Shown: piece after piece, positions 11,365 to 21,393 of the stretch
Layout: each line of letters starts with the position of its first letter
Numbering within the stretch: the stretch's first letter is position 1
Assembly: GCA_963664395.2 (NCBI GenBank)
Contig: OY761159.2
Span: 3,904,001 to 3,968,000, forward strand
Origin: Candidatus Binatia bacterium
Lineage (GTDB): Bacteria > Desulfobacterota > Binatia > Bin18
Length of the DNA stretch: 64,000 nt
Direction: 5' to 3'
The notes under the pieces: generated by a model
What the model was told of the DNA's origin: nothing
The model's input: the letters and a program-made list of their open reading frames with translations, nothing else
The model's database searches: none
Program-made: the position numbers and the translations under genes

Positions 11365-12231
11365 ATGGCGGAACAGGCAGTCGGCGTGAATCAAGAGGAG
11401 GGGGAGGCGATTTGGCTCAAATGTGCGACGTGTCAAGAAATTTTGTTTCGGAAGGAGGTTGAGCGGCGCCTTTTTATTTGCCCCAAATGTGGCGCTCATC
11501 TCCGCCTGACCGCCGAACAACGACTGTTCACTATCGTTGACCGCGGCTCGTTCATTGAGCATGCGCAGCACGTCCACTCTACCGACCCCCTGGCCTTCAC
11601 CGACCGGAAACCCTACGTACAGCGATTAGCTGGTGCGCGCAGTCGGTCGGGGCGTGCCGAAGCCGTTGTCTGCGGGGTGGCGACTATTGACGGTCGTCGG
11701 GTTGCTCTCGGCTGTTTCGATTTCTTCTTTCTCGGTGGGAGTATGGGGACCGCTGTGGGAGAGAAACTGACTCGCATTATCGAGTACGCCAGTGCAGAAC
11801 GGTTGCCTGTTATTTTCTTCTCGGCCTCCGGCGGTGCCAGGATGCAGGAAGGCGTGCTCTCGCTGATGCAGATGGCAAAGATCTCTATGGCGCTGGGTCG
11901 TTTGCGAGAAGCTGGGTTGCCTTATATATCGGTGTTGACCGATCCGACGACGGGTGGTGTTGCCGCCTCGTTGGGTATGCTGGGTGACATCAACATTGCT
12001 GAGCCGGGAGCCTTGATCGGCTTTGCCGGACAACGGGTTATTGAGCAGACCATCCGGGAAAAGCTTCCCCCCGGTTTTCAGCGCGCAGAATTTTTGCTGG
12101 AACATGGCATGGTAGACCTTGTGATTGAGCGTAAGGATTTACGCGGTGTGTTAAGCCAGTTACTAGACCTCTTATGCAAGCCTGCCCCTCCTGTTGACTC
12201 AACCCCAAAAGCGTCACCCACTTCCCCATAA
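11365..12231 (+). CDS. accD: Acetyl-CoA carboxylase carboxyltransferase beta subunit
   Basis: CxxC...CPKC zinc finger, GGSMG, SGGARMQEG, PTTGGV, FQRAEFLLEHG. Confidence 0.97.
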   Translation: MAEQAVGVNQEEGEAIWLKCATCQEILFRKEVERRLFICPKCGAHLRLTAEQRLFTIVDRGSFIEHAQHVHSTDPLAFTDRKPYVQRLAGARSRSGRAEAVVCGVATIDGRRVALGCFDFFFLGGSMGTAVGEKLTRIIEYASAERLPVIFFSASGGARMQEGVLSLMQMAKISMALGRLREAGLPYISVLTDPTTGGVAASLGMLGDINIAEPGALIGFAGQRVIEQTIREKLPPGFQRAEFLLEHGMVDLVIERKDLRGVLSQLLDLLCKPAPPVDSTPKASPTSP

Positions 12232-13568
12232 TGCGACATCCTGTAAGCTGCTACTCAGATACACTGGCGTGGCTGTATGGGCTCGAAGTCGAGCGTATGG
12301 ATCTCAAACTTGAGCGGACCGCCCTGGCGCTCCGTTTGGGTGATGATCCTCAGCGCCGATTCCCCAGCATTCATATAGCTGGCACGAATGGGAAAGGGTC
12401 TACTGCGGCCGTGTTGCATGCCATCCTCAGTGCTGCCGGGTATCGGGTGGGCTTGTTTACTTCTCCGCATCTGATTGACTTTTGTGAGCGGATTCGGGTT
12501 GGTACTCGGTGGGTCACTCCACAAGAGGTGGTGGATACTGTGGCGGTCATCAAGTCCTGTATCGAGCCGGCGGAGATTCGGCTGACTCCGTTCGAAATGA
12601 TGACGGTGTTGGCTTTTCACATCTTTGCCCAAGCTCGTGTGGATATTGCCATTGTGGAGGTCGGTTTAGGGGGAAGACTAGACGCCACAAATGTTCTAAC
12701 CCCATTGGTGTCTATCATTACCAGTATTGGACTTGACCACCAGCAGTATCTGGGGCCAACTCTGGCTGACATTGCGCGTGAAAAGGGCGGGATTATTAAG
12801 CCCGCCGTACCGGTCGTTCTCGGGAAGCTCGACCGGGGGAGCCACGACATTTTGTCTAGGATGGCCCAGGATCAAGGAAGCGCAACTCTGGCGTATGGCC
12901 AGGACTTTACCCTCGAGAAAAAAGTCTCCGGACAGTATTGCTACAGCGGAAAGCAGTATCAGTATGAGGACCTTCAGCTCTCTCTGAACGGAAAATTTCA
13001 GGCCCGCAATGCCGCGGGTGCCCTGGCGAGTCTGGAATATCTCCAGGACTCTTTCCCTGTCACGGCTGCCCACATTGATGCTGGGTTACAGCTGGTACAC
13101 TGGCCGGGTAGGTTGGACATTGTGTCGACGCAACCCCTTGTCATTCTTGACGGGGCTCATAATATCCAGGCCCTCCAAACGTTACTTGCCGAACTCCCGG
13201 ATCTTGTCTCGAACCAGCGTCCCATTTTTCTCTTTGGGGTCATGCGGGATAAAGAGTGGCGTCCCATGGTAGCCGCCTTAGAGCAGGTCGCTGCAGAGGT
13301 CGTTGTGACCGCGGTAGCGCAGCCGCGGGCCGAAGATCCGTATACTGTGCAAAAGGCTTTTTCTTCCAACCGTTCCGTGCGAGTTGTCGAGGGAGCAGCG
13401 GAAGCCTGTCGACAACTACTGCATCAAGCCGGGCCTCGAGATGCCATTGTGGTGTGTGGCTCGTTGTTCTTGGTTGGAGAAGTATTGCCGCTTTTTCCCG
13501 AAGCCCGGCGTCCCCCCCACGCCTTCCCAGTCCACGCTGCCGATGGTCTGAAAGAACGTAGATGGTGA
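12231..13568 (+). CDS. folC: Folylpolyglutamate synthase/dihydrofolate synthase
   Basis: HIAGTNGKGST, FTSPHL, EVGLGGRLDATN, WPGRL, LDGAHN, GSLFLVG. Confidence 0.97.
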   Translation: MRHPVSCYSDTLAWLYGLEVERMDLKLERTALALRLGDDPQRRFPSIHIAGTNGKGSTAAVLHAILSAAGYRVGLFTSPHLIDFCERIRVGTRWVTPQEVVDTVAVIKSCIEPAEIRLTPFEMMTVLAFHIFAQARVDIAIVEVGLGGRLDATNVLTPLVSIITSIGLDHQQYLGPTLADIAREKGGIIKPAVPVVLGKLDRGSHDILSRMAQDQGSATLAYGQDFTLEKKVSGQYCYSGKQYQYEDLQLSLNGKFQARNAAGALASLEYLQDSFPVTAAHIDAGLQLVHWPGRLDIVSTQPLVILDGAHNIQALQTLLAELPDLVSNQRPIFLFGVMRDKEWRPMVAALEQVAAEVVVTAVAQPRAEDPYTVQKAFSSNRSVRVVEGAAEACRQLLHQAGPRDAIVVCGSLFLVGEVLPLFPEARRPPHAFPVHAADGLKERRW

Positions 13569-15766
13569 TGCAAAGAATTTTCTGTTTTCCTCTCTTTCTC
13601 ACTCTTTTTTGGCTCATCCAGGGAGCAGTCGTCTCCGCGCAAGAACCCGTAGTGGTCAATGCTGACACCCTGAACTATGAAGAGGACGGAGAGACGGTGT
13701 CGGCGCAAGGAGACGTCGTTGTCACCAAGGGGAAAACGACGCTCACCGCAGATACGGTTACCGTGAGCCGGACCAAGAATGAACTCAAGGCCCGAGGAAA
13801 TGTCGTGCTGCAAGACCCCCAAGGGACTATTCAGGCTGAGGCGTTGCGACTGGAACTAACGGATGAAACCGGCGAAATTGAAAATGGTACGATTCGTATT
13901 CCCAGTCATCAATATACGATTACCGGCAGGAAACTCCAAAAATCATATGGTCAGACCTACCATATTGAAGACGGAACAGTAACAACATGTGAGTGTGAGA
14001 GCGGAGAAGCCGCGGATTGGAGTCTGGATGCCAACGAATTTGACGTCACGCTCGGTGGAACAGGAAAACTTCGTGGAGGGCTCTTTCGGGTCCGAGACAT
14101 CCCGCTCTTGTATGTCCCCTATGGCGTGATTCCTGTCCGCAAGGAACGACAAAGTGGTGCGCTCGCTCCCCGGTACAGCTTTTCGAGTAAACGCGGCTTC
14201 CAGTGGGAACAACCCTTTTACTGGGCAATGAGTAAGAGTCAGGATCTCACACTCACGGCGGATATTGAAACCTCCTCCCGGGTTGGGTTCTTGGGAGAAT
14301 ACCGCTATGCGCCGAGTGAGCGGGTAGAGGGCGAGTTCTCCGCTTCATATTTTAATGAACAGATTCGTGGGCCAGCTTCGACGACCTCACCTATTAATCG
14401 CTGGAGTGTCACGGGCGCGCATAGACAGCGTTTGCCCGCTGACATGGAGTTGTATAGTGATCTCTTTTTTGTGAGTGACGATTTCTTCTTGCGTGAACTC
14501 AACGTCTCCTTCCATCCAGGACTCGAAGACCGTCAGCTCCGCTCACGGCGATTTACAGACTCCCGAGTTGGCGGCGTGAAAACCTGGAAAAATGCTCAGG
14601 TTCGTTCCGAGGCGCGTTATTATCAAGATTTGCGGAACGATCAGGATGATGCCTTTCAGGTCCTTCCGCATATAAGTTTTCAGGGCCAACGCCGCTTTTG
14701 GAACGACCACATTGAAACCGGTGTGAGCATACAAGGAAGCCATTTCTTTCGGAATCGTGGCTACTACGGCCAACGCTTTGATCTTGCTCCCTGGGTATCA
14801 ATCCCATTCTCCTTAGGCCGATATGTCTATGGCTCAGTCAAGGCGACTGGGCGGGAAACAGTCTACCATATGAGTTCCCGCGCTCGTGGGCGACCGACCG
14901 TGCCTGGGTCTGGACACCTGAAGAGCACGCAAACCAGAGAGATGGTCCGGCTTCAGGCTGAGCTCGGAACACGCCTCTCTCGGGTGTTCGATGTCGGCTG
15001 GGGGCGCGTGAGCAAACTCCAGCACGTTATCGAGCCGCAGGTCTCGTTTTCCTATGTCCCCCAGGTTGGCCAGGATGACCTGCCACTCTATGATGCGCTC
15101 GACCGGATGAACCGACGCAGTCTCTTTGTGTATGGTGTTTCAAACAGGCTGCTTGGAAAATTTGACCCGCTCCCCGGCGCTTCCAATCGGCAAGCCCGCG
15201 TCCGTGAGCTGATTCGTTTATCGGTGACCCATGCCTATGATCCGAGCCGGCGTCTGCGAGAAGAGGGCGAGCGATTTGGCCTGAGTGAGACGGACCAGCA
15301 TTTTTCTGATATGGACATCAGGGCACATATCCGTCCCTTCTCACTCTTTACCATCGCAGCGGAGACGACGTATGATGTCGATCAAGGGGATATGATTGCC
15401 GCCCGCATTGGTGGGCATATACGCGATCCACGCCCGCTCCCCGAGACGAGCCCGTTGCTGCGCCATCTGCGTCGACGGACGAGTATCGGGGTTTCGTATC
15501 GGACAATTGCCGACCGGTTGCTGAAAGAGGTCAATTCCCGGGTTATCCTCCGATTGAACGAATATCTGACGGCAGCCTATTTCACGCGCTATGATCTGAA
15601 TGATAAATCGTTTATTGGGTCGCGCTATTTCTTTCGTGTCCTCTCTCCGCAGAAGTGTTGGACGTTTGATTTCGGGGTTGTTGAGAAGGTCAACCCTGAT
15701 GAGGTTGAGTTTCGTTTTTCCTTGTCGTTGGTTGGCATTACTTCAGCCGGAAAGGGCTCATTTTGA
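13562..15766 (+). CDS. lptD: LPS assembly protein LptD
   Basis: Signal peptide, OstA-like N-terminal domain (ADTL.Y...A.G.V), TTC..W, PLLYVP...RQSG.L.P, HVIEP; aromatic beta-barrel; follows folC. Confidence 0.9.
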   Translation: MVMQRIFCFPLFLTLFWLIQGAVVSAQEPVVVNADTLNYEEDGETVSAQGDVVVTKGKTTLTADTVTVSRTKNELKARGNVVLQDPQGTIQAEALRLELTDETGEIENGTIRIPSHQYTITGRKLQKSYGQTYHIEDGTVTTCECESGEAADWSLDANEFDVTLGGTGKLRGGLFRVRDIPLLYVPYGVIPVRKERQSGALAPRYSFSSKRGFQWEQPFYWAMSKSQDLTLTADIETSSRVGFLGEYRYAPSERVEGEFSASYFNEQIRGPASTTSPINRWSVTGAHRQRLPADMELYSDLFFVSDDFFLRELNVSFHPGLEDRQLRSRRFTDSRVGGVKTWKNAQVRSEARYYQDLRNDQDDAFQVLPHISFQGQRRFWNDHIETGVSIQGSHFFRNRGYYGQRFDLAPWVSIPFSLGRYVYGSVKATGRETVYHMSSRARGRPTVPGSGHLKSTQTREMVRLQAELGTRLSRVFDVGWGRVSKLQHVIEPQVSFSYVPQVGQDDLPLYDALDRMNRRSLFVYGVSNRLLGKFDPLPGASNRQARVRELIRLSVTHAYDPSRRLREEGERFGLSETDQHFSDMDIRAHIRPFSLFTIAAETTYDVDQGDMIAARIGGHIRDPRPLPETSPLLRHLRRRTSIGVSYRTIADRLLKEVNSRVILRLNEYLTAAYFTRYDLNDKSFIGSRYFFRVLSPQKCWTFDFGVVEKVNPDEVEFRFSLSLVGITSAGKGSF

Positions 15767-15826
15767 GAGAGGTGCGTGACCCTTCGCTCTGGGATAGCCT
15801 CATCGAGACAGCTGCATCGGATCGCT

Positions 15827-16306
15827 ATGCAAAAGATTTTTTCTGGAGAACAGCTGGCAGAGCAGCTCGCTCGACTGCGCCGTCAGGGTAAACGCCTCGT
15901 CTTTACTAACGGCTGTTTCGACCTGATGCATGTCGGTCATGTCCATACGCTGGCTCAGGCAAAGACGTTTGGCGACATCCTTGTGGTTGGTATTAATACC
16001 GATGCCTCCGTCAAACGACTGAAGGGAGACAAACGGCCGATTCTGGATCAAACAAGTCGTTTGATCCTGCTGGCCGCCCTTGAAGTCGTTGACTATGTGA
16101 CAACGTTCGAAGAAGACACGCCGCTCACACTGATTCGTACTCTTCAACCGCATATCCTGGTCAAAGGGGGAGATTGGAAGCCTGAGGCTGTAATAGGAAA
16201 AGAGGTCGTTGAACACACCGGTGGGCGGGTTGTTGCCGTACGTTATCAGGATGGCTTTTCAACCACAAATCTGATTGAACGTATTCTTGTAGCCTATCAG
16301 GAATAA
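15827..16306 (+). CDS. rfaE2: D-glycero-beta-D-manno-heptose 1-phosphate adenylyltransferase (HldE domain II)
   Basis: [40 protein letters not shown]; ATG 15827 preferred. Confidence 0.93.
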   Translation: MQKIFSGEQLAEQLARLRRQGKRLVFTNGCFDLMHVGHVHTLAQAKTFGDILVVGINTDASVKRLKGDKRPILDQTSRLILLAALEVVDYVTTFEEDTPLTLIRTLQPHILVKGGDWKPEAVIGKEVVEHTGGRVVAVRYQDGFSTTNLIERILVAYQE

Positions 16307-16376
16307 AGGCTCTGCTTTCCTGTGTTGCGCGGGTGTCACGCCTGTGGTACACACAGATGCTTTCAGGAGGAATGCT

Positions 16377-16568
16377 GTGGCCCGGAGATGTGAAATTTGT
16401 GGAAAAGGCCCCTCAGTGGGCAATAAGGTGAGTCACGCCAATAACAAGACGAAACGCCGCTGGTTACCCAACCTGCAACGGGTGAAGGCAAAAGTCGAAG
16501 GTTCGGTGAAGCGTCTGCGCGTCTGTACGCGTTGTATCCGTTCTGGGAAAATTGTAAAGACGGCGTAA
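16377..16568 (+). CDS. rpmB: 50S ribosomal protein L28
   Basis: ARRCEICGK...[20 protein letters not shown]...VCTRC; GTG start after AGGAGG. Confidence 0.96.
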   Translation: MARRCEICGKGPSVGNKVSHANNKTKRRWLPNLQRVKAKVEGSVKRLRVCTRCIRSGKIVKTA

Positions 16569-16661
16569 AAGCTGGCTCACTTTTCCTCTCTAGCTCAGTA
16601 GCCCGCCGCCCATCTTTTTTCCACTGGTCTCCAAGGGGAAGAAACCCGGTGAAACGCCGCC

Positions 16662-18815
16662 TTAGGGCACCACGCGGGACACTTTGACCACACCTCTCAC
16701 CCGCTCCAAGTTGCGCATGACGCGCTGAAGATCGTCGGCGCTCGGGATGAGAACTTCAAATACGTTGAGGGCGCGTTTATCCGAAAGGGTCCTGACATTG
16801 GCACTGGCGATATTGAGGCCAACTGTGCTGATTGCTTTACTCATATTGGTCAGGAGGCCGGTCCGGTCTTCGGACAGGACTTCGATTTTGACGAGACGCG
16901 CATAATCCGTGGCGGGATCCCAACTGACGGTAATATGCCGTTGGGGGTCACTCTCCAGCAGGCGCTGACAGGAGATAATATGAACGGTGACTCCTCTGCC
17001 TCGCGTGATAACGCCCACAATGCGTTCTCCGGGAAGCGGGTTGCAACAGCGCCCAAACCGGATCAGGACATTCTCGATCCCACCGACCTGCACGCCACTT
17101 GAATCCTCCGATGGAGGTTTTTGGCGAATTTTTTCAAGCTCGATTGCGTCTGCCGTCTGACCGGGCATCTCGGGGGATTGGGGAAGGAGGTGGCCTAGCA
17201 CCTGCCCTGCTGTCACTTGTCCATAACCCATGGCCGCGAAAAGTGTTTCTTCATTGCTGAATCCGAGCACCGCTAGCGCTGGCTCGATCCTGTGCTGTTT
17301 GCGCACGGTGGTCAGCGAGGTGTGACTGCGGGCTAACTCCCGCTCAAGGAGTTCTTGCCCAAGGGTAATACTACGTTCTCGCTGCTCTTCTTTGAGCCAG
17401 TGTCGAATCCGCGCCTTGGCCTTCGGGGTTTTGACGATTTTCAGCCAGTCTTTACTGGGCGACTGCTGTTTGGTTGTCACGATTTCGATAGCGTCACCGT
17501 TTTGGACCTGATACCGCAGGGGGACTTGGCGTCCATTCACTTTGGCGCCGGTGCAATGATTACCGACTTCTGAGTGAATGCGGTAGGCAAAATCGATGAC
17601 TGAGGCGCCACGCGGGAAACTATTGAGGTCGCCTTGCGGGGTGAAGGCGTACACTTCTTCGGTAAAGAGGTCTTCTTTGATGGTATGGAGAAATTCTTGG
17701 GGGTCTTGGACGTGCTGTTGCAACTCAACAAGTTGGCGCAGCCAGGCGAAGCGCTGTGCTTCCTCCTGCCCTTGGCCATCTTTATAGGTCCAGTGGGCAG
17801 CTATCCCTTCCTCTGCTACCCGATGCATCTCGTGTGTCCGAATCTGAACTTCGATCCGTTCACTATATGGTCCAATGACTGTGGTATGGAGGGACTGGTA
17901 CATATTCGCTTTGGGCAGGGCGATATAATCCTTAAACCGGCCAGGAACTGGACGCCAGTGACTGTGGACTATCCCTAACGCTTGATAACATTCACGCACG
18001 GATTGCACGATAATACGGAAGCCTACCAGGTCATAAATCTGACTGAAGACCAGCTTTTGAGACTGCATTTTTTGATAAATTGAATAAAAATGCTTAGGTC
18101 GGCCGGAGACTTGTGCCTTAATGTTGGCCTCAGCTAATTTCTCTTTCAGGATACCAATGACGTCGGCAGTGTATTGCTTCCGCTCGCTCTTCTTCTTGAT
18201 AATATTCCGCTTCAGTTCCGAGTAAACCTTTGGATATATATAGCGCAGGGCATTATCCTCGAGTTCATTCTTCATCCAATAGATGCCCAAACGGTGGGCG
18301 AGGGGAGCATAAATTTCTAGCGTCTCCGACGAAATCTCACGTTGTTTGTCCTCGCTGAGATAAGAGAGTGTCCGCATATTATGCGTGCGGTCGGCGAGCT
18401 TCACCAGAATCACTCGGATATCTTGGGCCATCGCAAAAATCATTTTCCGAAAATTTTCGGCCTGGCGTTCTTCACGAGTTGTAAAGTGAATCTTGCTGAT
18501 CTTTGTCACCCCATCGACCAGGGCCGCGACCTCATTGCCGAAATGCTGTTCGATCTGATCGAGCGTGGTTAAGGTATCCTCCACCGTGTCGTGCAGCAGG
18601 CTGGTCACCACGCTCGGCACATCGAGCTTCATATCCGTAATAATTTCAGCCACTCCAACCGGATGGATAAAGTAGGGCTCGCCAGAGTGACGTTTCTGAC
18701 CTTGATGCATACGTTCTGAAAATGTGTACGCATCTGTGATAAGGCTGACTCTCGCCTCAGGATGATAGGACTGGACCTTCGTAACAATCTTATCCAAGTC
18801 TGGGTGTTGGCTCAT
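16662..18815 (-). CDS. rel: Bifunctional (p)ppGpp synthetase/hydrolase (long RSH, Rel/SpoT)
   Basis: Intact HD motif (LHDTVEDT), RFKDYI synthetase motif, YQSLHT, TGS (DFAY.IH..VG), CC.PLPG, C-terminal ACT; start reassigned to MSQHPD. Confidence 0.95.
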   Translation of the reverse strand: MSQHPDLDKIVTKVQSYHPEARVSLITDAYTFSERMHQGQKRHSGEPYFIHPVGVAEIITDMKLDVPSVVTSLLHDTVEDTLTTLDQIEQHFGNEVAALVDGVTKISKIHFTTREERQAENFRKMIFAMAQDIRVILVKLADRTHNMRTLSYLSEDKQREISSETLEIYAPLAHRLGIYWMKNELEDNALRYIYPKVYSELKRNIIKKKSERKQYTADVIGILKEKLAEANIKAQVSGRPKHFYSIYQKMQSQKLVFSQIYDLVGFRIIVQSVRECYQALGIVHSHWRPVPGRFKDYIALPKANMYQSLHTTVIGPYSERIEVQIRTHEMHRVAEEGIAAHWTYKDGQGQEEAQRFAWLRQLVELQQHVQDPQEFLHTIKEDLFTEEVYAFTPQGDLNSFPRGASVIDFAYRIHSEVGNHCTGAKVNGRQVPLRYQVQNGDAIEIVTTKQQSPSKDWLKIVKTPKAKARIRHWLKEEQRERSITLGQELLERELARSHTSLTTVRKQHRIEPALAVLGFSNEETLFAAMGYGQVTAGQVLGHLLPQSPEMPGQTADAIELEKIRQKPPSEDSSGVQVGGIENVLIRFGRCCNPLPGERIVGVITRGRGVTVHIISCQRLLESDPQRHITVSWDPATDYARLVKIEVLSEDRTGLLTNMSKAISTVGLNIASANVRTLSDKRALNVFEVLIPSADDLQRVMRNLERVRGVVKVSRVVP

Positions 18816-19486
18816 TCGGTCCCTATGTGCGGCGCGTAGCGCGTTGAATGCGCGGAATCGGTACGCATGGGAGCGATGTCCAGGCGTGATACGCGGATTC
18901 TTTCGGCAGAGAGAATGGCGTGCAACGCCGCCACACCATTCTCGACCCGATCGTTGATGACGCAATAGTCGTATCGGGCTAATGCCAGAGCCTCCTCCGG
19001 CGCGCGTCGAATGCGTCGCATAATGGCTTCTTCCTCGTCAGTCCCACGCTCTCGCAGGCGGTCTTCCAGTTTCTGCCACGAAGGCGGCAGAATAAAAACA
19101 AGCACGGCCTCTGGATAGCACAGCTTGAGCTGTTCAGCCCCCTGGACATCAATGTCCAGCAGGAGGTCTTGACCAGTATTGAGCGTGGTATCAATAGTCG
19201 TGCGCATCGTACCGTAGTAGGCCCTGTGGACCTGAGCCCATTCTGCAAAGGCACCCTGGTCCCGAAGCGAAAGAAAAGTCTCCTCACTCACAAAGTGATA
19301 ATCTTTGCCATCTACTTCCCCTGCTCGACTGGGGCGGGTGGTATACGAAATTGACCAAGCGAGGTTGGCCGTTCTCGCCATCAGTTCACGCGCCAGGGTG
19401 GTTTTGCCCGCACCAGAGGGGGCTGACAGGATCAGAAGAATCCCACGTCGGGAGAAGTTCAAACGTTGATCAGCATCGTCCAGCAT
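18812..19486 (-). CDS. gmk: Guanylate kinase
   Basis: SAPSGAGKTT P-loop, SYTTR..R.GEVDGKDYHF, YYGT, DIDVQG. Confidence 0.97.
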   Translation of the reverse strand: MLDDADQRLNFSRRGILLILSAPSGAGKTTLARELMARTANLAWSISYTTRPSRAGEVDGKDYHFVSEETFLSLRDQGAFAEWAQVHRAYYGTMRTTIDTTLNTGQDLLLDIDVQGAEQLKLCYPEAVLVFILPPSWQKLEDRLRERGTDEEEAIMRRIRRAPEEALALARYDYCVINDRVENGVAALHAILSAERIRVSRLDIAPMRTDSAHSTRYAPHIGTE

Positions 19487-19489
19487 ACA

Positions 19490-20365
19490 TTATTCTATAT
19501 TCTGCACCTGTTCGCGAATTTTTTCCACCTCTCCCTTAGCTTGCACAACGAGATGGCGGATAGACGCATCATCTGCCTTGGCGCCGATCGTGTTCACCTC
19601 ACGTTGCATCTCCTGGAGGAGAAAGTCCATACGCTTCCCAACGGACTCCTCCAGCCGGAAGAGATCAGAAAACGCACCGAGATGGCTTTGGAGCCGGACG
19701 CATTCCTCGGTGATATCGCTCTTTTGGGCCAGGCTCGCCACATCTTGCAGGACGCGACGCCGCTCAGCGTCGAGATGGGGCAAGAGCGCGGTGACCTTGT
19801 CTGCCAATTTCTGGCGTGTGGCCTGTTGGGTGTGTGCACTGCGCCGCTCGACACTCCGACGTATTTTTTCAAGAGTCGCAATCCGCCCCCGGAGATCGCG
19901 TTGCAGAAATTTCCCTTCACGCCGGCGTTGGCGTCCCAGCGCGGTGAGTGCACGCTGTAGCGCTTTCTTTGACGCGTCAATTTCGGCACTGGAGAGTTGG
20001 TGCGCTTCGGCGACCTGAAATACTTCTGGCCGGGACATAAAAAACTGGATAGTAAGATCTCCACCGAGGTCGAGCGCACCCTTGAGTTTCTTCGCCGCCT
20101 GTAGATACGCTCGCGCGAGCTCGGTATTGGGAACAACCGAATACGAGCGCACTGTCTGCCCTGAGAGCGTGAGGAAGACTTCAATCCGCCCACGCTTCAC
20201 CTGCGTGGCAACCATCGCCCGCAATTCGTCCTCGACTGCGAGAAAGCCGCGGGGCAGGTGTAGTTTAACTTCGAGAAAACGGTGATTGACTGCACGGGCG
20301 TCGACCGTCGCACGTCCGCCCGAAAAGGCGCAGCTCCCGCTACCAAACCCGGTCATGCTTTTCAT
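19490..20365 (-). CDS. yicC: YicC/YloC family endoribonuclease
   Basis: MKSMTGFG, VNHRFLE, RGRIE, DITEE..RL.SH, G.RMDFL.QEM.RE.NT, EKIREQVQNIE; start reassigned to 20365. Confidence 0.95.
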   Translation of the reverse strand: MKSMTGFGSGSCAFSGGRATVDARAVNHRFLEVKLHLPRGFLAVEDELRAMVATQVKRGRIEVFLTLSGQTVRSYSVVPNTELARAYLQAAKKLKGALDLGGDLTIQFFMSRPEVFQVAEAHQLSSAEIDASKKALQRALTALGRQRRREGKFLQRDLRGRIATLEKIRRSVERRSAHTQQATRQKLADKVTALLPHLDAERRRVLQDVASLAQKSDITEECVRLQSHLGAFSDLFRLEESVGKRMDFLLQEMQREVNTIGAKADDASIRHLVVQAKGEVEKIREQVQNIE

Positions 20366-21375
20366 TGGTGGGGTGTCCTTAATACTGTTTTCAATTCCTT
20401 CAGATTGACGGTTGCCGTACCGACTTTGCCGACCACGATGCCAGCCGCGTGATTGGCGAGAATAGTGGCGACTTCGAGCCCGGCGCCCGCCCCCAGGGCG
20501 AGTGCGCAAACGGCAATGACCGTATCGCCTGCCCCTGTGACGTCAAAGACCTCATGGGCGGTGGTTGGGAAATGCGCCACCCGGCGATCTGGTTGAAATA
20601 AGCTCATGCCTTCTTCACCACGAGACACAAGAACAGCCTCCGTGTCCCACAGGTCAAGGAGTTGGATTCCGGCCTGTTGCAAGGCAACGTCGCTCACAAT
20701 GTCGATCTGGGTGGCTTGTCCTGCTTCCTCTTTATTGGGCTTGATGAGACTCGCCCCTCGATAGTGAACGAAATTCTGGCGTTTCGGATCTATCACGTAC
20801 ACAAAGCCGAGTTGCGTCCGTAGGGTGGCTAACAGGTCGAGGAGCTCGGCCTCAATCAGCCCTTTGCCATAGTCCGACACCACACAGACATCAAAGTCGT
20901 GTATGTGTCGCTGGATAAAGGCGCGCAGGCGCGCCCGTACGCGTGCGCTGAGGATATCGGTAGGCTCGCGATCCAGTCGGACTACTTGCTGGCTGTGGGC
21001 AATGATACGGGTTTTGCTAATCGTCTCATACGGACTACTTGTCACGATCCCTTCGACTCCTGCACCGTGTCTGCGTAACTCTCTTCGGAGGAGCTGGCCC
21101 GCCTGATCCTTGCCTACGACGCCACAGACCGTCACACTGCCGCCCAGGGCGCGGATGTTGGTCACCACATTCCCGGCTCCTCCGGCGTGTAGGCTCTCTC
21201 GCGTGACCCGTACAACAGGAACCGGTGCTTCGGGTGAGATGCGGTTGACCTGACCCCAAATATACCGATCCAGCATCAGGTCGCCAATGACCAGTACCCG
21301 AACGCCTGAGAAGCGGGGGAGTATGGAGGCGAGTTTGCCGAACGACTGACGTCGATGAGAAAACGGGGACTTCAT
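20362..21375 (-). CDS. rfaE1: D-glycero-beta-D-manno-heptose-7-phosphate kinase (HldE domain I)
   Basis: GDLMLDRY..G.V.RISPEAPVPV, GGAGNV, SDYGKG, DVTGAGDTV (PfkB fold). Confidence 0.95.
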   Translation of the reverse strand: MKSPFSHRRQSFGKLASILPRFSGVRVLVIGDLMLDRYIWGQVNRISPEAPVPVVRVTRESLHAGGAGNVVTNIRALGGSVTVCGVVGKDQAGQLLRRELRRHGAGVEGIVTSSPYETISKTRIIAHSQQVVRLDREPTDILSARVRARLRAFIQRHIHDFDVCVVSDYGKGLIEAELLDLLATLRTQLGFVYVIDPKRQNFVHYRGASLIKPNKEEAGQATQIDIVSDVALQQAGIQLLDLWDTEAVLVSRGEEGMSLFQPDRRVAHFPTTAHEVFDVTGAGDTVIAVCALALGAGAGLEVATILANHAAGIVVGKVGTATVNLKELKTVLRTPHQ

Positions 21376-21393
21376 AGCGATCCTTTCAGTCTC

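Noticed and set aside
18816-20509. Long N-terminal extensions of rel (to 18965) and yicC (to 20509)
   Set aside because: They overlap gmk and rfaE1; ATGA-coupled downstream starts match the family N-termini.
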